Below are positions 49,116 to 60,819 of a DNA stretch of 64,000 bases, one piece after another. Within the stretch, counting starts at the first letter, position 1, and every line of letters begins with the position of its first letter. The translations under genes and the position numbers were made by a program. The DNA is from an uncultured Candidatus Saccharibacteria bacterium (GTDB lineage Bacteria; Patescibacteriota; Minisyncoccia; Phycocordibacterales; UBA5272), in the NCBI GenBank assembly GCA_964577675.1, contig CAZNZQ010000001.1:5875-69874 (forward strand), given 5' to 3'. The notes beneath the pieces are model-generated. The model did no database searches. It was not told where the DNA came from and was given only the letters and a program-made list of their open reading frames with translations.

Positions 49116-49892
49116 ATGACTATTATACAATCTATACTTTTTGGAGTAGTGGAGGGTCTCACTGAGTTCCTCCCTGTATCATCCACTGCCCACCTCATCA
49201 TCACTTCGCATCTCCTTGGTATCGCTCAATCTGACGAACACATACTCTTTGAAATTGCTATCCAGCTAGGAGCAATTAGTGCCGTCCTTGTGATGTTCTT
49301 TAAAAAGTTTCTGTCATTCGCCAGGATCAAAAAACTCGCCTTTGCATTTATCCCAACCGGGATAGCAGGGCTCTTTATCTACCCCTACCTTAAACTTATT
49401 TTTAATACACCGATTATAATTGGATTCACACTTTTAGTCGGAGGGATCATCATCCTCTTCGCTGAGCATTTCTATACTAAAGCTGAAGCAAAAGGAGAGG
49501 TAGAAGCAAGTCACGAGATAACACTCGCTCAAGCGCTCTTCTTGGGATGCTACCAAGCTCTCGCCATCATACCTGGAGTATCTAGATCAGGCGCCATGAT
49601 TGTTGGAGGGCTTTTCCACAAAATGGAAAGAAAAATACTCACTGAATTTACTTTCTTACTTGCAGTTCCGACAATGGTAACAGCTACTGCGTACTCGCTC
49701 TACAAAAACAAAGAAGCTCTCTTAGGCGGCACTCATGACTTGCTACCTTTTGGCGTTGGTTTTATTTCGTCATTTCTGGTAGCTTCTTTTGTCATAAAAT
49801 TCTTCCTTGATTACATCAAGAGGCACTCTTTCGCCCCTTTCGGTTTCTACAGAATCATCTTGGGTGTCGTCGTGATTGTTATGTTTTTGTAA
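49116..49892 (+). CDS. uppP: Undecaprenyl-diphosphate phosphatase
   Basis: EGLTEFLPVSSTAH, PGVSRSG. Confidence 0.95.
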   Translation: MTIIQSILFGVVEGLTEFLPVSSTAHLIITSHLLGIAQSDEHILFEIAIQLGAISAVLVMFFKKFLSFARIKKLAFAFIPTGIAGLFIYPYLKLIFNTPIIIGFTLLVGGIIILFAEHFYTKAEAKGEVEASHEITLAQALFLGCYQALAIIPGVSRSGAMIVGGLFHKMERKILTEFTFLLAVPTMVTATAYSLYKNKEALLGGTHDLLPFGVGFISSFLVASFVIKFFLDYIKRHSFAPFGFYRIILGVVVIVMFL

Positions 49893-49924
49893 AGAAAAAG
49901 TTAATGGCGGTAAGTTAGGGCAAC

Positions 49925-49943
49925 GCGCAGCCTTCGGCTGCGC
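49925..49943. terminator. Hairpin between convergent uppP and atpC
   Basis: gcgcagcc-ttc-ggctgcgc. Confidence 0.55.
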
Positions 49944-49967
49944 TTTGACCTTCCTCGCTTCTAGAAA

Positions 49968-50384
49968 CTATCTTCTATACTTCCTTGCAATCTTAACCCT
50001 GTTTAATTCTCGTTCGATTGTACTCTCAATTCTTCCTACATCTAAGTCTTCTTCTTTTTCGTCCTTTATTTCTTCTGCGCGCTTAAGAGCCTGCTCTATT
50101 TTCTCGGTATCAAGCTCGTCTACCTTATCTGCACTTTCTAGCATTACAACAACTTCGGTAATGCCTTTGCGATGAGGGCGCACGTTAACGAGACCTTTAT
50201 AAACAGCAAAACCAAAACCTGCTCCTTCCTTTCTAACAGTCATCTCCCCTGACTTAATAATCGAGACGATAGGCACATGCTTATTAAGGACGGTAATCAT
50301 ACCGCTCACCGTAGGAAGTGACACACTTGTCACTATCTCATCTACCAATATTTTATCTGGGGTAACAAGTTTGAGTTTTAACAT
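49968..50384 (-). CDS. atpC: ATP synthase epsilon subunit
   Basis: LVTPD, G.ITVL..H.P; last gene of the atp operon. Confidence 0.9.
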   Translation of the reverse strand: MLKLKLVTPDKILVDEIVTSVSLPTVSGMITVLNKHVPIVSIIKSGEMTVRKEGAGFGFAVYKGLVNVRPHRKGITEVVVMLESADKVDELDTEKIEQALKRAEEIKDEKEEDLDVGRIESTIERELNRVKIARKYRR

Positions 50385-50434
50385 ACTAGTTATTCATTAT
50401 TAGTTATTCGTTCTACTACACTAATTACGAATTA

Positions 50435-51829
<1,395 letters not shown>

Positions 51830-51885
51830 TTATTAGTAATTAGTTGGTGGTTAATAGTTAATGGTTGATAGTTTTGCTCGGTGGT

Positions 51886-52449
51886 TTAAGTTGTTATGCC
51901 GAGTAAGTCTTTTAGTTTTTGTTTTTCCTTTTCGTCTTCACTGGCTTTTTGAAATATGGCTATTAAATCTTTGTTTCTAAAACTTGGATTATCTTTTAAT
52001 TCAAGTAACTGTTCAAAGGAAATTAATTGTACTTCTATTTTTTCACCCGGATCATTGGTCGGATCTTTTTGTTGTACAGCGTCTTTTGCAATATAATAAT
52101 GGTTATTCCAAACCATCTTACTATAACCAAGCACGTCTACAGAAAACCATTCCTTCCATTCCTTGCTTACATATCCCGTCTCTTCGAGTAATTCACGTTT
52201 TGCGTCTTCAATAAAAAATTCAGATCCCGTGTCGCCAGCAGGAAGAGAGATAAATTTGCCCACGCTTGGTTGTTCTTCGTGATTAATAAGAATCTTATCA
52301 CCAGCAACAGCAAGGACCGTAACCGCATCACGCCTCCTCAACATTTCAAATGTAGAAAAAGAACCGTCGAACATTTCCTGTTGCCACTGATAAACATCAT
52401 GAAGAACCCCTTCAAATACCTTCTTTGCATTGTCTGGAATTTTTTTCAT
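51886..52449 (-). CDS. Nudix hydrolase
   Basis: LPAG...AKRELLEETG Nudix box. Confidence 0.88.
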   Translation of the reverse strand: MKKIPDNAKKVFEGVLHDVYQWQQEMFDGSFSTFEMLRRRDAVTVLAVAGDKILINHEEQPSVGKFISLPAGDTGSEFFIEDAKRELLEETGYVSKEWKEWFSVDVLGYSKMVWNNHYYIAKDAVQQKDPTNDPGEKIEVQLISFEQLLELKDNPSFRNKDLIAIFQKASEDEKEKQKLKDLLGITT

Positions 52450-52454
52450 AATAG

Positions 52455-53303
52455 TTATTGAGCGAGCGCCGCGGCCCCACCTACGATTTCGGAGATCTCT
52501 TGTGTTACAGCGCTTTGACGGGCTCGGTTATAGTAGAGCTTAAGATCCTTTTGGAGTTCATTTGCATTGTCAGTCGCACTCTTCATTGCTAACATTCGAG
52601 CTGAATGCTCAGAAGCATAGCTCTCAAGAATTGCACCATAAATAAGATTATGTACCATCATTGGAACAATAGTTGATAATACTGAATCTCGATCGGGTTC
52701 ATAGCTATACCGAGGCTCTCCCGTTGAGTCAGGAGAAGACTCCCCAACAAAAGGGAGCAGCTGGAGCACGACCGGCTCAAAAGAAGAAGCGCTCACGTAG
52801 TCGGTATAAATAATACGCACTGTCCCCACCTTCTTTTCTTTATACCACTCGACAACTTTATTTGCTGTAACACGCGCATGATCTCCGGTGAGTACTGGAT
52901 GGTTAAATGAAGCGAGTGTTTCTATATGAAGCTTCTTGGCAACTTTTTCTGCATACTTACCAAAGGTAACCATCTTCAGTTTCTTCCTTTCTTCCTCAGA
53001 ATAAGCTTCGAGCAGCTTACGATATATGTTCACATTAAAACCTCCGCAGAGGCCTTTGTTAGATGTAACTAGGATGACGAGTTCAGTATCCACACCATTA
53101 TGCATAAGTAACTCATGTCGCATGAGCGGATCAAGAGACATGTCTTCTAAAATATGCGCTGCCTCTTTATGAAATGGTCTAAGGGTGAGCGCTTGGTCAA
53201 TCGCCTTTTTCATCTTTGCAGCAGAAATCATCTCCATTGTCTTGGTGATTTTCTTGATACTGCCGACACTTTTTATTTTTTGGCGAATTGCTTTTGTTTG
53301 CAT
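52455..53303 (-). CDS. atpG: ATP synthase gamma subunit
   Basis: KITKTMEM, KGLCGGFN, RQSAVTQEISEIVGG. Confidence 0.95.
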   Translation of the reverse strand: MQTKAIRQKIKSVGSIKKITKTMEMISAAKMKKAIDQALTLRPFHKEAAHILEDMSLDPLMRHELLMHNGVDTELVILVTSNKGLCGGFNVNIYRKLLEAYSEEERKKLKMVTFGKYAEKVAKKLHIETLASFNHPVLTGDHARVTANKVVEWYKEKKVGTVRIIYTDYVSASSFEPVVLQLLPFVGESSPDSTGEPRYSYEPDRDSVLSTIVPMMVHNLIYGAILESYASEHSARMLAMKSATDNANELQKDLKLYYNRARQSAVTQEISEIVGGAAALAQ

Positions 53304-53327
53304 CTTTTAATGAATACGCATAATTCT

Positions 53328-54824
53328 CTAAACACTACGCGTCTCAGAGTAAGAAGTGAGAGCATCCTTAAGGGCATTCTCTGTCGCATCATCCCAACCT
53401 TTATCAATAAGCTCAAGCGTTCCTTTATGAGAAATATCTAGATACTCATGCATTCCTTTCTCCCACTTAGTCACGTCAGTAACTGGTACTGCGTCTAAAA
53501 AACCATTATTCACTGCGTAAACAGATGCAATTTGAAGTGAGGTCTTAATTGGGTTACCGTTTGACTGCTTGAGCATCTCGGCTGTTCTCTTGCCTCGTTC
53601 TATTGTCTTCTTGGTTTCATGATCGAGGTCAGAGTCGAACTGCGCAAATGATTCAAGCTCTCGATATTGTGCCATAGCGAGCTTCATCTTCCCTGCGTTT
53701 TTCTTCATAGCTTTTGTCTGTGCTGATCCTCCTACACGCGACACAGAAAGACCTACGTCAATCGCTGGACGCATACCCTTATAGAAAAGGTTAGAGTCAA
53801 GGAATATCTGACCATCGGTAATTGAAATAACGTTTGTTGGGATATACGCTGACACATCTCCTGCCTGTGTCTCAATAATTGGGAGCGCTGTGATTGAACC
53901 ACCTCCTGCATTTTCGTTACGACGACATGCACGCTCCAGAAGGCGTGAGTGAAGATAAAAAACATCTCCTGGGTACGCCTCACGTCCTGGCGGACGACGA
54001 AGGAGAAGTGACATCTCACGATACGCGACTGCGTGTTTAGAAAGATCATCATAGACAACGAGCACATCTTTCTTTTTGTTCATAAAATATTCTGCAACCG
54101 CAGTCCCTGAGTATGGCGCAAGGAACGACAATGCGGCCGAGTGTGACGCACCTGCAAGCACGACAACGGTATACTCCATCGCCCCTGCTTCACGGAGCTT
54201 TTCTACGATCTGAGCAATCTTGGATTCTTTTTGCCCAACCGCAACATAAACACAAATAACACCATTACCTTTTTGGTTAATGATTGTATCAATAGCAATA
54301 GTGGTCTTCCCTGTTTGTCTGTCACCGATGATAAGCTCGCGCTGTCCACGCCCAACTGGAATCATGGCATCGACCGCCTTCACACCTGTCTGAAGTGGAA
54401 CATTCACAGGCTCGCGTTCCATTACACCAGGTGCGATCTTCTCTACGAGCTCACGCCCGTCTATATCTGTTAACTTAGATCCATCGAGAGCATTTATAAG
54501 GGGGTCAACCACGTGACCAAGAAGCCCCTCACCCACTGGAATAGAAAGTACCTGTTTTGTTCTTTTCACCTCTTCACCTTCTTTTACTTTTTCTCCACCA
54601 CTTACAATCACCACACCAACCAAATCACTCTCTAGGTTAAGTGCGAGTCCGCGCGCACCAGAAGCAAAAATAACTTCTTCCATGCTCGCTACTTCGCGAA
54701 GCCCGGATACACGAGCAATACCGTCACTTACAGAAATAACATTCCCGATATCACTCACCTCAAATGAGGTTTCGAGGTTCGCAACTTTCTTTTCAAGTTC
54801 TTTGATTATTGTATCTACTGACAT
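53328..54824 (-). CDS. atpA: ATP synthase alpha subunit
   Basis: [18 protein letters not shown]. Confidence 0.98.
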   Translation of the reverse strand: MSVDTIIKELEKKVANLETSFEVSDIGNVISVSDGIARVSGLREVASMEEVIFASGARGLALNLESDLVGVVIVSGGEKVKEGEEVKRTKQVLSIPVGEGLLGHVVDPLINALDGSKLTDIDGRELVEKIAPGVMEREPVNVPLQTGVKAVDAMIPVGRGQRELIIGDRQTGKTTIAIDTIINQKGNGVICVYVAVGQKESKIAQIVEKLREAGAMEYTVVVLAGASHSAALSFLAPYSGTAVAEYFMNKKKDVLVVYDDLSKHAVAYREMSLLLRRPPGREAYPGDVFYLHSRLLERACRRNENAGGGSITALPIIETQAGDVSAYIPTNVISITDGQIFLDSNLFYKGMRPAIDVGLSVSRVGGSAQTKAMKKNAGKMKLAMAQYRELESFAQFDSDLDHETKKTIERGKRTAEMLKQSNGNPIKTSLQIASVYAVNNGFLDAVPVTDVTKWEKGMHEYLDISHKGTLELIDKGWDDATENALKDALTSYSETRSV

Positions 54825-54866
54825 AACTTTTGGTACTAGTTTGTAAATTAGAATTGGTAGGGATTA

Positions 54867-55220
54867 TTAATAATTTTTTGTGAACTGCTTAATGATTCTC
54901 TCAGCACTTCCGTCGTACATCACATCTTTATATTTAGCTTTGAATCCAGCCAAGAGGTTCTCATTAATTGTCACTGAGTGCCTGGCTTCGCTTGCTTTAA
55001 CTAGTTGTTTAATAAACAGGAGCGATTCTTCGTTTAAGAGGAAAGGAGATTCGATCTCCACCATTTCTTTTTGTTCTCTCATCTTTTGTTTACGAGAGAG
55101 AATTCTTAGTATTTCTGGGAGCAGTGACTGAAGGTTGTACTTACCGAGAACCTCTTCTAGGTCTTTGAGAGTAGTGTTACTAGTTTCTAGATATAGAGCT
55201 ATGGAGCGAGAGAGAGACAT
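54867..55220 (-). CDS. atpH: ATP synthase delta subunit (short)
   Basis: Position between atpF and atpA; LLAGF...YDGS C-terminal motif. Confidence 0.78.
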   Translation of the reverse strand: MSLSRSIALYLETSNTTLKDLEEVLGKYNLQSLLPEILRILSRKQKMREQKEMVEIESPFLLNEESLLFIKQLVKASEARHSVTINENLLAGFKAKYKDVMYDGSAERIIKQFTKNY

Positions 55221-55225
55221 ATCAA

Positions 55226-55720
55226 CTACTTAATACGGGAGATAAAAGCGTTATTCTCTGACTCATTCATCTCCCTTTTGAGGGTTGCAGCGTACAGCGC
55301 AGCAACAAGTGCTGGAGCTCTCTCGAGAAATTCTTTTTCCACCTTCTCTACTATTGTTGCCTCTTTAGCACTTAACTGCTCTTCTTTTACGTCTATTTCT
55401 TTCTGAGCAATAGTCTTCATCTTGGCCACAAGTTCCTGACCTTCTGTTCTAGCTTTTTCCAAAAGGGCGTGACTTTCTTTTTTAGCCTCGCTTAAGATAG
55501 CGCTTTTCTCCTCTTCAGCTCTCGCTAAAAGCTTCTCGCCATCACTAGCTTTAGTGAGACCTCTTTCAATTATCTCACCTCGTTCTCGTATGGTTCTCCC
55601 AAGCTTCTTAAAGAAGAAGGTATTGAGAAGAAAAAGAATAATAAGAAAGTTAACAAAGTTAGCAAGTGCAACATGCCAATTGAAACCTACTGATGAGAGA
55701 ATTTCTAGAATGCTTTGCAT
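55226..55720 (-). CDS. atpF: ATP synthase b subunit
   Basis: VNFLIILFLL TM, ER..I, coiled coil. Confidence 0.9.
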   Translation of the reverse strand: MQSILEILSSVGFNWHVALANFVNFLIILFLLNTFFFKKLGRTIRERGEIIERGLTKASDGEKLLARAEEEKSAILSEAKKESHALLEKARTEGQELVAKMKTIAQKEIDVKEEQLSAKEATIVEKVEKEFLERAPALVAALYAATLKREMNESENNAFISRIK

Positions 55721-55787
55721 AGTAATTAGTAGCTAGCAACCAGCAACCAGGGCAACCCCTGATTGCTATTTACTAATTGCTTTCTAC

Positions 55788-56006
55788 TTATTTAATGAGG
55801 AAGAACGCTACGAGCGCAAAGATCGCAGTAGTTTCTGTCATCGCGATTGCAATAATCATCTTAGAAAAGATGGAACCTTCTACGTCTGGGTTGCGTCCAA
55901 TGGCTTCCATAGTTTTACCTACGAGGTAGCCTTGTCCGATGGCTGTTCCTAGCATTGCTAAGATACACATTCCTTTTGCGATATAAATTGCTGCTTCTGG
56001 GGTCAT
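55788..56006 (-). CDS. atpE: ATP synthase c subunit
   Basis: Helical hairpin, GRNP loop, conserved Glu in MTETT. Confidence 0.95.
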   Translation of the reverse strand: MTPEAAIYIAKGMCILAMLGTAIGQGYLVGKTMEAIGRNPDVEGSIFSKMIIAIAMTETTAIFALVAFFLIK

Positions 56007-56156
56007 AAAATTAGTTGTTAGTTATTAGTTGTTAGTTATTAGTTGAATGCAAAACACATTCAAAATTCTAACTGCAACATTTCAATAAAAATCTGCCCTA
56101 CCTAGGCTTTAGCTTGTAGTATAACAGAAATTATCCTCTCAAGCCAGTTAGTTCTG

Positions 56157-56996
56157 CTAATGCCCATTACCTTCTTTCTTTAAAACAAGAGAGTAGTATA
56201 CAGTAACGAGCGCGACGAATACTACCGATTGTACAACCCCAACGAGTACACCCATCCCCATCCAAATCGCAGGCACACCGTATGCAAAAGCCCCTAGTAA
56301 AATAACAGTTAACACTTCGTGTGCGAACAAGTTACCAAAAAGACGTAGCGAAAGTGAAAGCATCTTGGCAAACTCAGAAATAATTTCGATAAGACCAACT
56401 AAGAAACCAACAATGGAAACCAACCCCTCTCCGAAACTTTTTCTAAAACCATGGTACACCTGCTTCACCTGAATAAAATGTGAGAGGTACCCAAAAACCC
56501 CCTGCTCTTTCATCCCAATCAGCTGCATCATAAGAATAACCGCGAGCGCGAGACCGAATGTAGTATTAAAATCTGTGGTCGCGCCTCTAAAAAGAGTGAC
56601 ATGTTCTCCATTCGCACCGGTGACATAAAAAGCGGCCACCCCAGGCATCATAGGGAGAAGGTTCGCTATGATGAGGTACACCATGAGCGCACCCACAAAT
56701 GGCACCGCCTTTTCACTTTTTTCTTTACTTCCAAGAATTGATGAGAGGAAAGAGACGACAGCCTCATAAAACATTTCCATAACATGCTGAACCTTACCAG
56801 GAATAAGCTTAGACCGGAGAGCAAGTACACAAAGTGCCGTAACAATAAAGGTAATCAAACCAACTGTGACTGTTGAGGTTGCGATAGAAAAAGGCCCAAT
56901 ACTTCCGAGAATTGGTGCATCTATAGTCGGTAGCGGTTCATGAACCTGGAAAAAAGAGCCCGCTGTCTCTCCGTGTTCTGTAACTGGTGTAGCCAT
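56157..56996 (-). CDS. atpB: ATP synthase a subunit
   Basis: SLSLRLFGN, VQS.VF..L..VY. Confidence 0.95.
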   Translation of the reverse strand: MATPVTEHGETAGSFFQVHEPLPTIDAPILGSIGPFSIATSTVTVGLITFIVTALCVLALRSKLIPGKVQHVMEMFYEAVVSFLSSILGSKEKSEKAVPFVGALMVYLIIANLLPMMPGVAAFYVTGANGEHVTLFRGATTDFNTTFGLALAVILMMQLIGMKEQGVFGYLSHFIQVKQVYHGFRKSFGEGLVSIVGFLVGLIEIISEFAKMLSLSLRLFGNLFAHEVLTVILLGAFAYGVPAIWMGMGVLVGVVQSVVFVALVTVYYSLVLKKEGNGH

Positions 56997-57023
56997 AATA
57001 GTCGCTATTCTAACACAAGAGAG

Positions 57024-57626
57024 CTACTTCTTAAAAATGGGGTTCGGGTGAATATCGTCTTTAAGCTCAAAACTTAAGTATAGCGCCACAAGGCCGAACA
57101 GACTTGTAAGAATAATAACTATTCCCTTAAATAATAGCCAATCTGAAAAACTGTAAAAATTGCGGACCAGTTCATTAGTTATGGCAGTTATCAAAAAGTA
57201 ACCAATCCATAGATGTGTGAGTCTATTCCATGCTCGGCTGGTAAGCGGGAACACTTCCTCAAATGCATACTTTAGGAACGGCTTCTGAAAAATCATCCCA
57301 ATGACCAGAGTGAGTGCGCACGTCATGTCATATAACGTATCTCTCATCTGTATGAATTTAATATCATGCGAGGAAATAGTAAGGTACCCAAACGTAGTAG
57401 TAATAAGTGCTATATAGAGAGCAAGAAAAGGCACCCTTCTCTGGAGACGATACGTTACGAACGTAGATATAATAGTAGTAACCATGAGAAGCACGGTCGA
57501 CTCATATATATTCATATATTCAGTCGATGCTAGAAAAGCAAGGACAGGACCAAACTCAAGGAATGCAGAAAAGATAACATGACGCAAGACGCGAGCAGAG
57601 AAGAAAGAATGTTTTTGTTCTGTCAT
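57024..57626 (-). CDS. Intracellular septation protein A (YciB/IspZ-like)
   Basis: EFGPVLAF, FIQMRDT, W..LT..W, NELVR, W..FK pattern. Confidence 0.75.
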   Translation of the reverse strand: MTEQKHSFFSARVLRHVIFSAFLEFGPVLAFLASTEYMNIYESTVLLMVTTIISTFVTYRLQRRVPFLALYIALITTTFGYLTISSHDIKFIQMRDTLYDMTCALTLVIGMIFQKPFLKYAFEEVFPLTSRAWNRLTHLWIGYFLITAITNELVRNFYSFSDWLLFKGIVIILTSLFGLVALYLSFELKDDIHPNPIFKK

Positions 57627-57664
57627 GGTATGATTGTTTATATAGTAAATAGAGTATAAATCAT

Positions 57665-58423
57665 ATGGACACAATTACAGAACCAGAACATAAACATACA
57701 GCTGAGATGGGAATAAAATCTCATGCCACTCATAAGAAAAAGTTTGAACTTACCACACCTGTTGCGATCATACTTGGGTCAATTATCATCGCGGTTTCAC
57801 ACATAGCATACGGAGTACTTGTAGGACCTACTAACTCTCAACCAGTAACACTCTTCGCTGGGGCGCCGATCACAGAAAAAGATTTCCCGACTGGCGATGT
57901 TAAGAGTGATGTTGTTGTTGTCGAATACTCTGACACAGAGTGCCCTTTCTGTGCTCGACTCCATCCTACGATGACCCAGATACAATCAGAGTACAAGGAT
58001 AGAGTAGCTTTTGCTTACCGCTACTTCCCGCTGACTCAGATACACCCTAACGCGTTCGCTGAGGCTCAAGCTATTGAATGTGTTGGCAAGCAGTTAGGTG
58101 CAGCAAAACGTAGAGAATATATCGACCAGATGTTCCAGTACAAAATCACCAAGAATTCCATGACACTTCCAAAAAACGGCAAGGAAGACCTGGCTAAAAA
58201 CTTCGGGGTCAATATGGCTACATTTAACTCTTGTGTCTCTGGTGAAGAATCATCTGCAACAGTAACTGCGGGAATACAGGATGGTGTGGCAGCTGGTGTT
58301 ACAGGCACCCCAGCAACTATTATTCTCAAGCGAGATGGTGACGACTACGAAGTCTTTGCTCTCATAGAAGGTGCGAGGGAGTACGAGTACTTTAAGGCAG
58401 CCCTAGATGCTGCGTTAGAGTAG
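57665..58423 (+). CDS. DsbA-family thiol-disulfide oxidoreductase
   Basis: EYSDTECPFC, FPL..IH, GVTGTP. Confidence 0.9.
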   Translation: MDTITEPEHKHTAEMGIKSHATHKKKFELTTPVAIILGSIIIAVSHIAYGVLVGPTNSQPVTLFAGAPITEKDFPTGDVKSDVVVVEYSDTECPFCARLHPTMTQIQSEYKDRVAFAYRYFPLTQIHPNAFAEAQAIECVGKQLGAAKRREYIDQMFQYKITKNSMTLPKNGKEDLAKNFGVNMATFNSCVSGEESSATVTAGIQDGVAAGVTGTPATIILKRDGDDYEVFALIEGAREYEYFKAALDAALE

Positions 58424-58438
58424 TAAAGATTAAAGCAG

Positions 58439-58477
58439 GAATACAAAAGGGCGCCCTTCGGGCGCCCTTTTGTATTC
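58439..58477. terminator. Bidirectional intrinsic terminator
   Basis: Perfect 18-bp inverted repeat gaatacaaaagggcgccc-ttc-gggcgcccttttgtattc. Confidence 0.88.
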
Positions 58478-58492
58478 TAAACAAACAGCCTC

Positions 58493-59266
58493 TTACTTAA
58501 CTTCAAATGACGCTCTCACTATCGCTGTCACTTTCTTTTCTATAGTAGAGGTGTCATAGGAACCATAATCACTCACCTCGATACTATTCCTTTGGGTGAC
58601 CTGAAATACTCCCTGGGACGCACTACGAACTCCGCCAATTCTATCCCCAGTTGCCTTCGCGATTGCTTCTGCTCTATCTTTAGCGTTCTTACCAGCTTCC
58701 TCTAACAGTTCAACACGAAGGTCTGCTAGCTTGTTATAGAAAAACTCAACCTGATTACTTTGGATAAGTATTCCTTTCTGACTAAGCGCCTGTTGCGCTG
58801 TGAGTGATAGATCTCTTATAAGCTCTACATCTTCTGACTCTACAATAGTCGTCGCCGTAATAGAGTAGGTGTATGGACCGGAACATTGCTGGCGCCCAAG
58901 ACTGTCATACATTACTTGGTTTTGAGACTGACAAACTACATTCGATGTAATCGGCTGAACAGTAATCTGCTTTTCAGTAATTCCCTTTTCTACCAAGTAT
59001 TTAGACGTAGCGACTTGTTGAGCACGTATTTCGTTAGAAACATATGAAAGCTGACTAGGTTCTGCCTGTTTAGTGATAGAAAAGGTCCACTTACCTCCAT
59101 CGCTCTCGACCATCCTTTCTGCTGTCCCGGTTACAGAGATGCTGTTATTCTGGCCAACTGCCTTTACTCCACCTGCGAGGACTAAAGACGCAGCGATGAG
59201 CATCACCCCTCCTAGCACACACGCCGTTACTACATTATTTTTAAAAAGTTCTTTAAATGAGTTCAT
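58493..59266 (-). CDS. SIMPL (DUF541) domain protein
   Basis: ISVTGTAER.V.SD, AKDRAEAIA, QGVFQVT, YDTSTIEK. Confidence 0.85.
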   Translation of the reverse strand: MNSFKELFKNNVVTACVLGGVMLIAASLVLAGGVKAVGQNNSISVTGTAERMVESDGGKWTFSITKQAEPSQLSYVSNEIRAQQVATSKYLVEKGITEKQITVQPITSNVVCQSQNQVMYDSLGRQQCSGPYTYSITATTIVESEDVELIRDLSLTAQQALSQKGILIQSNQVEFFYNKLADLRVELLEEAGKNAKDRAEAIAKATGDRIGGVRSASQGVFQVTQRNSIEVSDYGSYDTSTIEKKVTAIVRASFEVK

Positions 59267-59398
59267 GTAAGCAAAAATTATTTTTATATTTTTAAGTATA
59301 CACCCGAGCTTTGACAGCATAGAGAAAGTCTTTACATTTAGAAGAAATATTGTATAATATATTTGCGGAATATACCGTGCATTCTACAAGAGGTTCCT

Positions 59399-59734
59399 AT
59401 GGCAAAAAAGCCAGCAAGAAATATCGACAAGCTTTCAAGGACTCTCACCCTTGCAACAACGAGAAAAGGGGGGTTGTCCCTGCTTGTGACACGACAAGGT
59501 GGTGTCGAAATCACCCCCTTTCGTTTCATTGTCACGAACGAACTTGTCCTTGTGAAAACAGGGCAAGGCGGACGGATACGTGTACTTTTCGGAGTACATG
59601 AAGTAAGGCTCGTCGGAGGAAGGTCAGCCAAGAAAGCGCTCATTGCCTGGGCTAAACAAGCCAACTACTCCCAACAGGAAGCGAAGGGTAAGCTCCTTTA
59701 CGGTCAACCAAAGCCGCATTTTGGTCTGTATTAG
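59399..59734 (+). CDS. Hypothetical basic protein
   Basis: ORF with AGAGG upstream, TATAAT promoter-like region and a downstream terminator. Confidence 0.55.
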   Translation: MAKKPARNIDKLSRTLTLATTRKGGLSLLVTRQGGVEITPFRFIVTNELVLVKTGQGGRIRVLFGVHEVRLVGGRSAKKALIAWAKQANYSQQEAKGKLLYGQPKPHFGLY

Positions 59735-59778
59735 GTAGATCTCTCCACTAAACAATCAACCAAAAATGGAGAGGCAAA

Positions 59779-59808
59779 GAGGGTGTCGCCATGCGACACC
59801 CTTTTTTA
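59779..59808 (+). terminator. Intrinsic terminator
   Basis: agggtgtcgc-cat-gcgacaccct followed by a T tract. Confidence 0.75.
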
Positions 59809-59889
59809 TATACGCACAAGTACACCTTGCAACAAAAAGGAGGGCGCTTAGCAACGCCCTCCAATCTCAAGAAGCAACACCCTCACGAT

Positions 59890-60276
59890 TCATTTTTTTA
59901 TCGTGTAAGGACCGAAATATTTATTTCTTCCATCTTTTGCTTCATCGGGTGACGAGTAGACCCGGCACAGGATAGCGTCATAAATTGAATCACATGATCC
60001 GCCGAAAGAAGCCGAGAGTACGTAGTACTGCCGTTTGCCGCGAGTGTCGGCCACATACCCATTCACTTCCCTTATCGTACAATATTCGGGAAGAATGATG
60101 AGTTTTGATGGGTCTCCGTGCAAAGGTTTAAAATATCTCGTGGCATGCCAAGAGACAACCATGTTGTGATCTTTCGGAGTAACAACATAGCGCTTATCTT
60201 CGTAAGGCACCGCTTTTGCCAAGATACCCCGTATTTCAATTAAGTGTTCATCTTGATTTCGTCGCTTTGCAACCAT
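59890..60276 (-). CDS. Hypothetical protein
   Basis: 128-aa ORF; downstream ggagggcg/cgccctcc hairpin with a U tract on the minus strand. Confidence 0.55.
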   Translation of the reverse strand: MVAKRRNQDEHLIEIRGILAKAVPYEDKRYVVTPKDHNMVVSWHATRYFKPLHGDPSKLIILPEYCTIREVNGYVADTRGKRQYYVLSASFGGSCDSIYDAILCRVYSSPDEAKDGRNKYFGPYTIKK

Positions 60277-60348
60277 TAGAATACCCCAAAGGGAAGGAAC
60301 TAGAGGGGTTCATCATAGCAAACATTAGTGTTAAGTCAAATACGTATT

Positions 60349-60801
60349 TTAAATATCTCCTTTCACCTCCCCTACGTGCTCCTTCGGCTTCACCTCTTCA
60401 TACACCTTTGCTATCTTCCCCTCTTCATCAATCAAAAAACTCATTCTCTCTATACCCATGTATTCACGCCCCATAAACCTTTTCTTTCTCCAGACGCCGT
60501 ACGCTTCGCAGACCTCCCCTGTAGTATCTGATAAAAGCGGGAACGGGAGCTCGTACTTCTCTGCGAATTTCTTGTGACTCTTTACACAATCTTTACTAAC
60601 ACCGAGCACGACAAGTCCAGATTTCTGTAACTCTTCATAGTTATCTCTAAAGTTACATGCTTCTGTAGTACACCCGGGTGTATCGTCTTTTGGATAAAAG
60701 TAGAGGAGAATTTTCTTCCCCTTATATTGCTTTATTGTATGCGTTTCTCCATTCTGATCTTGTAATGAAAAGTCTGGCGCTTTGGTTCCTGTAGTTATCA
60801 T
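60349..60801 (-). CDS. bcp: Peroxiredoxin BCP
   Basis: YFYPKDDTPGCTTEAC. Confidence 0.93.
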   Translation of the reverse strand: MITTGTKAPDFSLQDQNGETHTIKQYKGKKILLYFYPKDDTPGCTTEACNFRDNYEELQKSGLVVLGVSKDCVKSHKKFAEKYELPFPLLSDTTGEVCEAYGVWRKKRFMGREYMGIERMSFLIDEEGKIAKVYEEVKPKEHVGEVKGDI

Positions 60802-60819
60802 ATACAGGAAGTGTACCAC

